A stretch of DNA of 58,778 nt, counting the filler, from Sphacelaria rigidula (taxonomy: Eukaryota): NCBI GenBank assembly GCA_964200075.2. It is 9 parts of 9 records of this genome, joined end to end, with 100 filler letters (N's around TTAATTAATTAA, not from the genome) between each part and the next. Parts side by side here need not be neighbours in the genome. Positions count along the whole stretch, not along the records: positions 1 to 6,443 come from CAXNAA020020037.1; positions 6,544 to 12,986 come from CAXNAA020020038.1; 7 more parts are not named here. One strand, written 5' to 3'. Within the stretch, counting starts at the first letter, position 1; each line of letters opens with the position of its first letter. Position numbers and translations under genes: made by a program. Positions 1-11,626 of this stretch are shown here, in pieces. The notes under the pieces are model-generated. The model made no database searches, was not told the DNA's origin, and saw only the letters and a list, made by a program, of their open reading frames with translations.

Positions 1-5
1 ATCGG

Positions 6-67
6 TAGGAGCCCCTGAACTAGACATAATTTCGCGAAAAAAGTGCACCCCTACCGTAGCATTGCTC
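6..67. mobile_element. Right end of a MITE (same family as 48063-48192)
   Basis: TAGGAGCCCCTGAAC...AAAAAAGTGCACCCCTACCGTAGCATTGCTC is nearly identical to 48134-48192. Confidence 0.7.
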
Positions 68-163
68 GTTTGTATTCATTCACCAGTACGACAATACGTG
101 CGCCGATCATTTTCTATACTGCACAGAAAAAACACCACGTTTTGAGCACATACGTGGATATAG

Positions 164-297
164 TCGTCACACTTTCGAACCCTTTCCTCCCTCAGAACGA
201 CTCCGTGGTCTCAAGGGATCTACCCATCTCTCTCTCGGTACTCACCCCACGTTTTGGAGTCGCGGATTGGATCAGCACTCCCGCACCGTGTCGGCAA
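164..297 (-). mobile_element. 5'-truncated SINE, group A (core and tail)
   Basis: Matches the reverse complement of 55330-55460 (CCGTGGTCTCAAGGGATC, CACTCCCGCACCG motifs). Confidence 0.7.
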
Positions 298-324
298 AAG
301 CACACACATTTGTTCGTATATATT

Positions 325-689
325 GCACACTTTTAATCCCTCTCCATCCACGGGGCGGGTCCATGGTCAGGGGGGATCAGCCCATCCCTCCCCCAGTACG
401 CGCTGCGAGATCAATGGCCACGTGAATACGGTATGCAAGATCACGAGAACATCCCCAGTACATGCCTTGCAGCTATTCAGTATCACGGATTGGGCCAGCA
501 CTACTCCCGCCCCGCGTCGACTCTCGTCAAACAAACTATTTTTGCCACTCCCGCCCTCAAGCTTTCAACGACGCAAATCAGAAATTTGATGGACATAATC
601 CAACATGTGGGCACGGGAAACGAACCCACATATACCCGACCGAATAATGGTGTTAGTGTCACAGTACCATTAGACTCCCGGAGCGCGGC
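325..689 (-). mobile_element. tRNA-headed SINE, group A, head variant 2
   Basis: Minus-strand head GCCGCGCTCCGGGAGTCTAATGG...GGGTTCGTTTCCC (A/B-box-like), followed by the shared core GTTTGACGAGAGTCGACGCGG. Confidence 0.65.
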
Positions 690-2339
690 TGTATATATAT
701 GTATGTGCGAAGCACACGTATAGGAATATAAATTATACCTTCCGACAATGGCAGACTCAGAATTAGCACGAATGAGCTACAACTGCAAAGACGACATACG
801 ACTCGCCAGGTCGTGAGGACTCCTAGAAAAATATCAATTAGTTGCACATCACACCTCCTGCTCCCCCTTGTGCCCAGCAACAGTTGCACGCCCCCCCCCT
901 CCCCCCCCCTCCTTCCCCCTTCCCCTCAGCCGTGACATGATCCTTCTGAAAGTTTATTATATAGCAGGGCGTTCATAACGTACGCCATAGAGAAGAGAGG
1001 CGCGGTGAATCCCTTGTTGCCACGTGCTCAAATTGGAAAAGCACCACCGAAACAACCAAGCAGTACAAAATATAGAAGAACGGCAAAACGAAACGAAGCG
1101 AAAAACAAATGCCCTATCAATTGCCCCCCCCCTCCCCCGAGGAATTCAGCTATATGCTCACAGGGTACACGCATCCAACGTAAACAATACAAGCATGAAC
1201 CTCGTCTCTCCTTCCTCCTCCTCACAAGGTTATCAAAATACAGACGGATGTCATGCCGACAAGTTTTCTGAACGCGTCATGCTCAATGATGCAAAACACA
1301 TCATCACCCCCCCCCCCGAAAAAACCAGATCAATGGTCTTATGACTATGGCATGCATGATCATGAGTACACCCCCCCAAAACAGAGTTGTTCAACGAACG
1401 GGGATGAGCCTTGTCCGTGCTTAGGAAAGGAAGCGAGCACCAACCAGTCCATGCCATTGTCCAAATCCCGATAAGGTCGTCAACCAAAGACGAATAGGCT
1501 TCGGCTTTTCTCCAGAGTAAGGTCATCCGTATTAAGACAGGAACCTACCTCCTTCAACTGCGCGGCAAAGCTCCTAGTGGTCGTGCCCCTCGCAAAAAAA
1601 AAAAAGAAGAAAGAAAATCTACCGAGTGAACATAACCCTAGCAGCTTAATCATTTCAACGACAATCAGCCATCTGTACATTAACCGGCACAAAACCGCAC
1701 TAATTATCACAGATCTAGGACAAAACAATCTCAGCGATGCTCTTTCAAACTATGTAAAACGGGGGGGGGGGGCGTCGCACTACTAATCGCTATAAAAAAT
1801 AAGCGATTGCCGCTTACACAATATATATCGGAGAATAATACCCCCCCCACAAAATACAGGAATATATATTTGCATTGTAAGGTTGTAGACCATAGTGCGG
1901 CTGGATCCGAAGCGGACTATTTCATGAGCGACAATCAATCAGCCAACGAATACACGCATAAATCAATTCATCAATCAAGAGCCACAGGCCGACACACTGC
2001 TGGGACAATTGCACTCGCGCCTATCTACTGTCTGCTTCTATGCTACCCTACTTTTTTTTGCGGAGAACTAACTATATTCATGGATGAAAATGCCGCGGCG
2101 AACGCTGCGCAAGTTGCCTCGGCATGCGTGGGCAGGAATCTAAACATGAACACTCTCACCCGTCGATCCCTGCCCTCGCTAAATAACAGACAGATGTAAA
2201 TGAAGCCTAGGTGAAATCAAAACACTGCAGACCCGGAAAGTAGCGAAGAAGTTATGAATAGAGACAAAAACCCAGTTCGAGTGCAAAGGACCTCTCTCAT
2301 CACGGACATGCAGCAGCAGTAGTTTGTTTTGTTCCGCTT

Positions 2340-2640
2340 TGACCCCCCCCCCCCCCCCCCCACCCTCCTCTTCAGAGTGAATCCGTGGTTTCAAGGGATC
2401 AACTCATCTATCTCTCCCCGGGTACTATACACGCCTTACATGATCGTACATATCGCTGGTTCGACCAGCACTACTCCCGCCCGCACCGCGTCGACTCTCG
2501 TCAAACAAACATGCTCTCAGCGACGGAAAAAAAAAAATCCCCAACAAACATCTACACTAGACACATGTGGTGCAATCGAACCATCATTATCTCCGAAGCT
2601 ATTAGGGTCAGTGAAACCACGAGACCAACGGCGCGACCGT
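2340..2640 (-). mobile_element. tRNA-headed SINE, group A, head variant 3
   Basis: Minus-strand head CGGTCGCGCCGTTGGTCTCGTGG...GGTTCGATTGC, followed by the same core and GGGGAGAGATAGATGAGTTGATCCCTTGAAACCACGG. Confidence 0.65.
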
Positions 2641-3166
2641 GTTTAGACTGTTTTAATTTGATTTTGAGCAAAAGGGCCGCATACAGTCAACGACGTTTTC
2701 GTGGGATTGAGAGCAGAGCGCTGATTGAGAGTGGCTTTGATCACTCGCTTTAACCTAGCCAATTTTTCATCCCGTGTGTACTTTTCTTAGACTCCATCTC
2801 TGGCGTGTGCTCACAGCTACACGTCGATATCCTACTCAGGGATGTCGAGGGCTTCAGTGGAAAGGTACAACAAAAATCATGTTGAGCCTCGCGGAGGGGC
2901 ATTTCGGACCTGAAACAATTCATTAACTAATTGACCGCTTTTCACGCTCAAACGTATACTCTACTCTCAATCTCATGAACACAATGTTAGTCATCCCTCT
3001 CACGCGGCCGATCGCGTCTCTTCTACACACAACATCCCCACTTGTACAACGAATGTACGCTCGCTCGAGTTTGACCTGCTGAGGCTCAAGGATAGCACCC
3101 TGGTAGAATATTACGATGGGTCAAGAAGGTAGGTAGAATCAGTGCTTGATCGCGCAGACTCTTGCG

Positions 3167-3706
3167 TCAACGGTGGTGCGACCTGGATCGCGAGCTGGAC
3201 CGTGACTTCCACCGGCCGTCGTCGTTGTATTTCTTCTTGTCGAAACGGGCGTAGTCATCATCGTCTCGGTCACCGTAGTCGTCCTCTTGACCATCGTGGT
3301 CGTCATTGTTAGATTCTTCCTCGTAACGGTCGTGGTGGTCATCATCGTGTTGGACATCGAAATAGCCACCATGGTCATCGTGAGAGTCATCGTGGTCATC
3401 GTGAATGTCATCTTGATAATCGTTGACCTCATAGTGGTCATCGTTATCGCTATCATCGTCATCGTAATCATCATCATCGTCATCGTAATCATCATCGCCG
3501 TCTTGGTCATCGCCGCCATCATCACCGTCATCATCATACTCCATGACGTCATCGCCGCCATCATCACCATCATCATCATCATCACAGTCATCATCATCAG
3601 CTGCGGCATCATCATAGTCATCCTCCAGGGCACCCCTCCCCACCTTCGGCTCGCACACAGAGTACTCCTGGAACGAAGATGAGGGAACGAAAGGGTACAA
3701 CACCAT
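3167..3706 (-). CDS. Asp-rich low-complexity ORF (179 aa), possibly the N-terminus of a decayed retroelement gag
   Basis: Uninterrupted GAY-rich ORF with an RS-rich end. The frame continues with several stops towards ~2650. Function unassigned. Confidence 0.3.
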   Translation of the reverse strand: MVLYPFVPSSSFQEYSVCEPKVGRGALEDDYDDAAADDDDCDDDDDGDDGGDDVMEYDDDGDDGGDDQDGDDDYDDDDDDYDDDDSDNDDHYEVNDYQDDIHDDHDDSHDDHGGYFDVQHDDDHHDRYEEESNNDDHDGQEDDYGDRDDDDYARFDKKKYNDDGRWKSRSSSRSRSHHR

Positions 3707-5707
3707 TTATATTATGACCGTCAGAAGGTGCAGAACCACAACCACAACAACACTTACACGCTACCGACTAGCACATTCTGTGGGCTGTAGCCTCCTAAAT
3801 GGCGCTCGTTTTCCCGTTTTGAACGACGTCTCCAACAGGACGAATTTACATTTTTTCTACAGTTTCGGAACCTCGCTTTCCCATGTCAGCGTGACGTTTG
3901 CGCGTGTAAATATCTAGCTGGCGAGATCGTCGCGGAAATCCGCGGCTGTTTCCTCAACGTGATGCGTTTTCACTGGAGATATGAGGAGGAGCAGCAGGGA
4001 CCCGAAACTACTCATCAAAATTGACACTGATACGTGAGATAGTCGCGCCGACGAGGAAATGCGGGCTTCGGAAACAATCTGCTATAGTACGCTCAAGTTG
4101 AAATTTTGCTATGGCGGTCGACAGGCTTGCAAGAGCGCTGATCCGGACACACTTGACACTACAGTGCAAGCTGAGTCGTACACGTACCGAGCGCCCGGAG
4201 ATGGGTACGTACGTCTACTGTGTGACCACGGCTGCAGCCGCAAGGGATCAGGTAATGCACGATAGTCTCAATCAAGTCAGGACAGACCAAATAAACCACT
4301 GCGTCAGATGGACACCCTAGTCTGATGGTTATTTTCAAGTGAACAAGGCGCCGATTCAACATGGTGGTCACAGGGTTGATCCACGTCCTGAATCCTCATC
4401 ATTTTTCGACTGAGCCGCCGACAGAGGGCCCTGATCGGTCTCGTACCCACGTGCGACCTGAGTAATCCTATCCTCAAACCACCTCCCTGGCTCCAGAAGT
4501 TGAAATTCCCATGACCGATCATAAGAACATCAGCCGTCGAGGGCCCGAGACGCAACCCATAGTGCCTTAGACTTGACTCTCAGTTTTGAAGAGTACAAAG
4601 GACCGCCCGAGGGATATCTTGAACGAGCCCGGGTCCTGCCTCTAACGCACTCCTGTCACCCTAGCGGCACATTTGGACCCCCCTAGGTAGCTAGACCGTC
4701 CAATACAAAAACGGGAAACGGCTAGTGAATAAGAGGAGGACGACCAGGAAGAGGAAATTGAGAAAACGACCCTCGCCACAAAACTAGCTAGAAAATAAAT
4801 GTTCGTTTTTTGTTCAGGGAAATTTCTTCATATCGAGTTTATCATATCCCCCTCAGAGGATCAGGAGTAGAGACAGAGGGGGTGTAATGAAATGAACCAG
4901 GGCTCAACGTGAATCAGAGTATCGTGGGGGGAAGGAAGAGACTTGTTGGAAGTCATAATGAAGCTTGTACGAGAAAGTAGCTTGCATGTGTGTACGATAT
5001 ACTGCATCTCACTATGTCCATCTATTTTCTTCAAAGAAGCGAAAACTGACTAGATCTACTTCCACGCTTGCGGTGTTGTAGTTGTCACCTGGCGCAATAG
5101 TACACCTTTTCACCCTGGACCCCCCATGGAAACACCCCCGGTTGTGGCAAATACACAGAGAGTAGAACTCATATCGTGGGACAATGCGAACTATACAAGG
5201 GGGAGCGGGACATGCTGGAGGAGCAGATACGGGGACTAAACGAATGAGACGTGAATACGTTTGGTGCATTAGATATTAGCGAGGAAACCATCGCCACACT
5301 ACGATAAAGATGGTGGCCACAGACGGCGAAACAGGAAGGGGGTAAGATGCATGAAAAAAAGATTTTTATGTCATGTATAGAAGCAGCCGAACGAGCGCCC
5401 AGATGCTGAAGGTGTCTCTATTCGGAGTAGGGATGGTGCTCCGCCTCGAAAGGGGATGCGTGATCAATGGTCAGATGACAAGGGCAAGCAACAAATGCGT
5501 TTGCCTCCCCCGGTTCACTGGTTGATTGATCGTTGCACATTAGCTGATCTGCTGCGAGCTCAGAAGTGGTGACGAGATATACGTGCCCCCGTGACGGAAA
5601 TCGTCGCAGAATGACACGCGAGCAAGGAGGGAAAATGAAAACGAAAGAACGGGAGTACCAACAATGCACGCTGAGATAGGTACCATACTGAAAAATAGAG
5701 CAAAACA

Positions 5708-5909
5708 GGGAATTTCGGAAAAACGCTTTTTTGTCATTTCAGAGTGCAAACATCTCAGGATCACAGTACAGAATAAAACACAACACCTCATCGAAAAAAA
5801 GTTCAGGGGGATTCCAACATTTGACGGAGTGGAATATAAGTTTTCGTTACTCTCTGATCCTGAGATATTTGTACTGTAAAATGACAAAAAAAACTTTTCC
5901 GAAACTCTC
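5708..5909. mobile_element. ~200-bp MITE with GAGAGTTTCGGAAA-type TIRs
   Basis: Imperfect ~55-bp terminal inverted repeats. An inverted homologue at 17022-17221 is flanked by TA. Confidence 0.75.
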
Positions 5910-6063
5910 TAGCATCGGTCCGAAGTAAGCCTCTGATGGCCCACTAGCTTTACGTAATGTATCCCCGGAAGCGCCAACCGCAGATAATGTACTGTCCTAA
6001 AACAGGATGTAACGCCGGAGGAGGTGAAAACATTCTTGAAAATATGCTGGCAAACAGTCTTAC

Positions 6064-6174
6064 CTCGTTGTGATACACACACTCGGAACCCGGGAAGCAG
6101 CATGCCTTTCCCCTCCAGTAGATACCGCCGCACTGCTGCCAGTTTGGCGAGCACCCGTTCGGGATCGGGCGGCA
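6064..6174 (-). CDS. Internal exon encoding a CBM1 (fungal-type cellulose-binding) module
   Basis: ttttccag|TGC...AAC GAG|gtaaga, 111 nt, phase 0/0. CRPIPNGCSPNWQQCGGIYWRGKACCFPGSECVYHNE fits the CBM1 pattern C-x3-W-x-Q-C-G-G-x2-W-x-G-x3-C-x2-G-x2-C-x3-N. Confidence 0.8.
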
Positions 6175-6275
6175 CTGGAAAATGACACAACGTGTGAGGC
6201 GCACACACATACAGGATGAGAATAGGTGCCGGATGATTCGGGGGCGTAAGGATTCAGAAGTAATGTCATGCTATG

Positions 6276-6443
6276 AGGGGTGTTCTCATGATATTGCATG
6301 CCGTAATGGTAAGATAATTGACCTCGCATCCCTACAAAACCGGAGGACGGAGCTAGGGTGTTCTCATGATCATGCATGCCGGACGGAGCTAGGAGGGGGG
6401 GGGCGTACTCATTTTTTGCTTGCCTTAGTCGCGTGACCATTGA
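6276..6443 (-). mobile_element. Stacked 3' ends of the poly(C)-ended retroposon family
   Basis: Three consecutive units start GGGTGTTCTCATGA or GGGGGGGGGCGTACTCAT and are homologous to 31203-31283 and 50992-51095. Confidence 0.65.
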
Positions 6444-6543
6444 NNNNNNNNNNNNNNNNNNNNNNNNNNNNNNNNNNNNNNNNNNNNTTAATTAATTAAN
6501 NNNNNNNNNNNNNNNNNNNNNNNNNNNNNNNNNNNNNNNNNNN
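6444..6543. other. Artificial linker N44-TTAATTAATTAA-N44 (first of 8)
   Basis: Identical 100-bp spacers at 6444-6543, 12987-13086, 19530-19629, 26072-26171, 32614-32713, 39156-39255, 45697-45796 and 52238-52337. The 12-mer places stops in all six frames, and the segments are 6441-6443 bp long. Confidence 0.97.
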
Positions 6544-6912
6544 GACCTCTCTTCCAAGGACGTCCGCCCTCTTCAGTCTCGGCATACTTTAGGCTTTAGA
6601 GTATGACCGTCTCCGATTGACGCCGCGGATTATGAATTATAATTTCAATACAAAGCCTCCATAACATTGAAAAGGAATAACACTGGAATAGCTAGCAATG
6701 AAGGGAGAAAAGTAGGCTTGAACGTGGGACTGTGTGCTCGTACGAGCCCTCGACGACCGGTGAGACTGTAGTTGTTCCAATTTCACAGCAAAGATGAACA
6801 TTGTTCACGGGATTTTGTTCACGGGATTTGTTCATCCCTATATTTTGGTATCATGCAACCATCGTGGCAGGTCATGGCATCCGGGAAAAGAAATATGGAA
6901 AAAATGCCTCCA

Positions 6913-7388
6913 GGCCGCTTCTTATAGACTGAAAAAAATCTTTCTGAGAACTGCCCTTTTGAACCTTTCATGACGGATTATTGGCGGAATACGGGCCTTG
7001 GCGGGTTTGGCCCCCTGGGAAAGATTAGCTCTATTTTTCAAGAGGATTCCAGCGCGCTTGTCCCATGTTTCGTATTCCCAGTTTTACCCTTGGCTGGATT
7101 CTGGATTTTTTCAGTCGCCGCGAAAATCGTCCAGTTGTCGAGAAGAATACGTACTTTTCCCCGACAACTCGAAGTTTTTTCAGGTGACTGAACAAATTCA
7201 AAATCCGGCCAAGAGTAAAACTAGGAGTACGAAATATCGGACAAGCGTGCTGGAATCCTCGTGAAAAATGGAGCAAATCTTTCCGAGGAGGCCAAATTCG
7301 CCAAGGCCCGTATTCCGCCAATAATCCGTGATGAATGGTTCAGAAGAGCATTTCTCAGAGATATTTTTTTAGTCTTCAAGAAGTGGCC
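6913..7388. mobile_element. Near-palindromic MITE, PIF/Harbinger-like
   Basis: About 200-bp imperfect inverted arms, GGCC...GGCC termini, 3-bp flanks CCA/TCA. The same TIR occurs at 21091. Confidence 0.75.
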
Positions 7389-7941
7389 TCAGAGTTGTTA
7401 CTTTTCACCTGTCATGTTGGTAGCATGGAAAGGTGCTGGGCTTTTTTCGAGGGCTATAAGATCGGAGAGGCGTGTCAAGCGATGGTTGTAAATATGTAGT
7501 TAGCGTGTCAACGAACTGTCAAATAGAGTCCGGTGTGGAAAAAATGCGTATTCCAGAAGGTTATTGCCTTGATAAACAGGGGATCCACACGCTTATCTGA
7601 AATAGGCATCAAGTATTGAACAATAATCTTACGGCAGCACTTGTTGCCCAAAATACAAATGACAAAACACAAAACACATCACTATAAATTCCTAACCTTT
7701 ACAGCATGCGCGGCGAAAAAGTTTCATTCCACCATCTACCGAGGGGAGAGGAATGATTTGATCCTCGGAGACCACGGAGTCGTCCCGAGGAAGGTTGAAA
7801 GTGTGACGGGGGAGCAAAAAAAAAGAGAAACAGCAGGGAGGACCTGACTCCTCTTTCACCACATGGGCGTGTATTTTTTGTGATTTGTTTTGCTGTGCCC
7901 GGCTGTCTTTGATTTTGTGTGCTGGAATGCATGTGACGCAG

Positions 7942-8022
7942 ATCTGGTCGTGCTGTGGAGTAAGGCTCGGCTCTGTAGTGGCGCCAACGAGGGAGCTTCA
8001 AAGGGCCGTCAAGGCTAAGCAG
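7942..8022 (+). CDS. Internal exon of a class I/II PLP-dependent aminotransferase-like gene
   Basis: gacgcag|ATC...AAG CAG|gtgggg, 81 nt, phase 0/0. IWSCCGVRLGSVVAPTRELQRAVKAKQ resembles the segment after the PLP lysine (K-x4-G-x-R-L-G). Other exons were not found. Confidence 0.55.
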
Positions 8023-8140
8023 GTGGGGAGTTTTCTTACACACGTCGCCTCGCTGTTAACTGTTGGTGACCCCCTTCAACCATGAATAATTTGGAATCTT
8101 CACGGTGGAAGGAACCGTGGGTTGTAATCGTAATCAACAC

Positions 8141-8255
8141 GCAGCGTGGATAATGACAATATATGGTCGATAGTTGCAATATACAAAAAATGTAAGCAAC
8201 ACACAGTGTGGATAATGACATTATATGGTCGATAGTTGCATTAGACGAAAAATGT
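8141..8255. repeat. Tandem duplication, ~62-bp unit x2
   Basis: GTGGATAATGACA(A/T)TATATGGTCGATAGTTGCA occurs twice. Confidence 0.8.
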
Positions 8256-10361
8256 ACTGCGTGCAGTATGGGCCTATTGCAGTAATCACGTCGTCTCATC
8301 CCTTGTCCGTGTTCAGTTCGCAATTGTGATTAAATAAAGACCTTACTAAATCACTGGCTGAGTTTTTCATGTCGGTAAAACCCCGACGCTACAGCTGAGC
8401 AGCCCCCCTTGTCTCTGTTGTGAGGGCTACCCTCAGTGATAAAGGATAACACGACGAGTACGAGTACCTGTATCCTGTAGTCCCCACCGTTCAAGCAACT
8501 CGCATACATAGTTTTGACCAAAGCAATTGCTTTGCACATACGTGCCAGCAACGGTGCATGTTCACTCCATTTGAGGACCGTTGGCGGTCACAAGGGATAA
8601 AAGGAGCTACAACACACCCGCTGCCGCTACTTGTTGTCCCCACGGTAATCCTTTGCTCCTATGACCTCAACCGTTGGTCATCCTCCACTGTTCGCCCGCT
8701 AGATTTCTTAATTTCGACCTATTCATCAATTTACTTCCTTCTGAAAGTATACCATGCGAGCTGGTCCAGCCTCGACCCGAATTTGTAGCTTGCAGGCTCC
8801 GCCTTACCTCAATGTCGAGAGTTGGACTCTCAAGTTTGGTACGGAGAATAAGAAGGGCAAGATGGGAATAAAAATCGGGACCCTGAGTTTTTTTTTTCAT
8901 GAGTTTACGGCATTTTACTGAAAGCTGGAGACTAATTATTACCTTCAAGTCATGAGAAAAAATGACTTGGTGTCCCGAACATTTTTTTTCAATCATGCTC
9001 TTTTCATTCTCCGCATCAAATTTGAAAGTCCAACTCTCAAAAGTTGAGGTGGGGCGAGGTGATTCAGAAACCGGGCCGATCGACATTCGGAACAGTATTT
9101 TGCAGGCCGCTTACCGAGCAGGTTTGGTTCTTGTGTTTTGAAATTCGGTGTGGAACCTCGGTGGAGCACAATGAACAAAAAAATGAGACACGCTTTTCCT
9201 TTTTTCATGAGTTAGAGACGCTTAGTATAGTAAAGACCATTTCTCCACGGGAATCCCCTTGCCTCTCCAAAAAAAAAAAGATGGCCCATTTGTAGTTGAA
9301 TTTTCAACATGCCTTCGCAATTTTCCATACGAACATTCAAATCATAATTCTAAAAATTGAGCAGAAAACTGAGATAGGAGCCAAACACAATGTCCCTTTC
9401 CCCTTTACACGCCCCTGAAAACGGGAAAAAATATCAAAAGTAAGTCCAAAGCTCATTTTTTTTTTCAACCCCAGCGGTTCTCCATACTAAATTTCCAAGC
9501 ACAACTCTCAAAAACTGAGACGGGAAATCCAGAATCAGTGCATTTAGTGCCTTCGCTTGTAGTATATTGGTTCTAGTATGCAGTTTTCATGTGCGCCATA
9601 TATTTAGATGGATAACGACTCAGGTGACGGTGAGGGTATCGATCGTCTCCCCGTGCTCCAGGGAACCTCCACACAAAGAATCGTCATCATCCGCCGTATA
9701 TATCGCCCTGTGTTTCATATAGACTTTAGTATGGACCCTATTTCCGCACAGTATAGGAATCTGTCGACATGGTGTTCAATCAATGGGCAAAACACGGCCC
9801 AGACGTTTGAGCAGATGGGCATCTTCCCCTTGACCAGACGATGAATGTGATATGCGGATGTCGAGGAGATATTGCTTCGAGAGCTTAAATCCGTCTCTAG
9901 GCTGGAACAGCTCGTACAAGCATGATGCTTTTTTTTCGTACGCAAGATATCACCCCCTGCCTCCCCTGAAGAGCACGCGCGGGTATGTGTAATGAATGAA
10001 GTGTCGGTTATTTTTTGCATGGCCATACCGGCATCTGCGTTACTGTGTACCAGTGTACGTTGAATATCACCCCCGTGCGCTCTCCCCTGTGTGTGTACCC
10101 GAGGGGTCGTAAATAACGTGCTGTGCGACAATCTTTTTGCCAATACAGTGCGGGTCCCACTAGTGTTCTAGCCCCACTACAGTGCGGTCGAAATCAATCG
10201 TCTGAAGTCCGAGTTATCGTACTGTTGTAGTATCAAGTACTCTCACTGTAGCGGCATATTACGGGGTCCCAGTATAGTGCAGGTCCCATTACAGTGCAGC
10301 TTCCCACTACAGTTATGGGCGCGCCTGACCCCTGTTACGGTTTAAGAGACAACCAACTAGA

Positions 10362-11626
10362 CTACAAGTCGGCAAGACACCACCTTTCCTTGTGATCTAC
10401 TTGCAGACCCTCAGACTGAAAACTTGACACCTTACCCGCTTTGAGCGATCTCCATGCTGGCACCGCCGCAGAGTTCGAACCCGGGAACGAGTGCGATGAG
10501 ATGGTCTGCTGCACGCCACCAGTAGAAGCAACCGGTTCTGGTGGCAACGTCGCCCCCCCGCTGGGAGCACTTTGTCCATCGGCTGAACAGACAGCCCTTG
10601 TAGGGGCGGGACTCGTGCCCCCTCCGCGAGGCACCTGTCCAGGGCCCTGCGACAGCTGCTGTTGTTGCTGCTGCTTGTCGCCAGCCTTCGTCTGCCCACC
10701 GTCACTACGTTGGGTAGCAGCAGCCTGGCTTCGCTGCTTGCAATCCTTCCGGATCTGGCCCCTGTCTCCACATATGAAACATCCCGCATAGTTTTGGCCT
10801 GGTTTGCGGGTTTTCCCGGAACTGGCAGTCCCATTTCCACTGCTCGCCGTTTTTCCACCATTTGCTTGGCGCTTGCTTCCGGAAGTCCCGTTGCCACTCC
10901 TTTGTTTCAGCTGCGGCTGCTGACAGCGCTGCTTATCCGCCGCTTCCACCGTCTTCCATGCCTCCGCTGCTTCCCGAGCCGTGTAAAACACAAGCCCAGG
11001 GTCCTCCTTCCACGCCCCCCCTTCATGTTCAACATGTTGAGGACTTTAGTTTTGAATTCGGGGGGGGGGGGGGTCAATCCATTCAACATTTCTCGAGTTA
11101 TGATTTGAGCGGGTCCTGGTTTGAAATCTGCATCATCGCGGAACGCACGCTCAGCGCTAGTATTCTCCGCAAAAAATTCCTCCAGGGCACCCCACTGCCC
11201 TTCTACTCTTCCCATCGCAGTTTGCTCGTTGCGGGCCGCCAACGCTTTCCGCACACCACCAGCAGCAACTGAGCGAACAATCTCTTCATCCTCCCAACAT
11301 TTCGCGTGTCGACCTAGTGCCTCCTTGAGATAATCTTCGTCAAGCACGGATCCGTCAAAAATCGTCCGTGACAAACACGCAAGGATGTGCTTCGCCACCA
11401 GTTCAGTAACAGTCAGTAAGACGGCCTGGATACTACGTCCTTTGCTGCTCATTTTGACCGCCTCTTCATACTAGACGTATTTCTGATAAAAACGTCGGGA
11501 CGCATTTTCGCTGAAATGCCGTCCGTACTCTGGGGCTTTCAGCGATCCTGCAGGCATAAGCTCAGTAAACTTAAACTTCACCTGTTCGCCTGCATCGCTA
11601 TCACCCACTTTCTTGCGCGTTGCCAT
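10362..11626 (-). pseudogene. Degenerate LTR-retrotransposon gag (Ty3/Gypsy-like)
   Basis: Reading from ATG 11626 gives an in-frame stop near 11472 and a frameshift around the G-run at ~11060-11073. Degenerate zinc knuckle CFICGDRGQIRKDC (H to Q). No pol follows. Confidence 0.7.

Noticed and set aside
3139..3682. Met/Thr-rich and Ile/Val-rich ORFs overlapping the Asp-rich ORF
   Set aside because: Alternative frames of the same trinucleotide-biased tract.
4870..5112. Polypurine tract followed by a TG...CA segment (possible LTR)
   Set aside because: No second LTR, TSD or pol remnant in the segment to support it.
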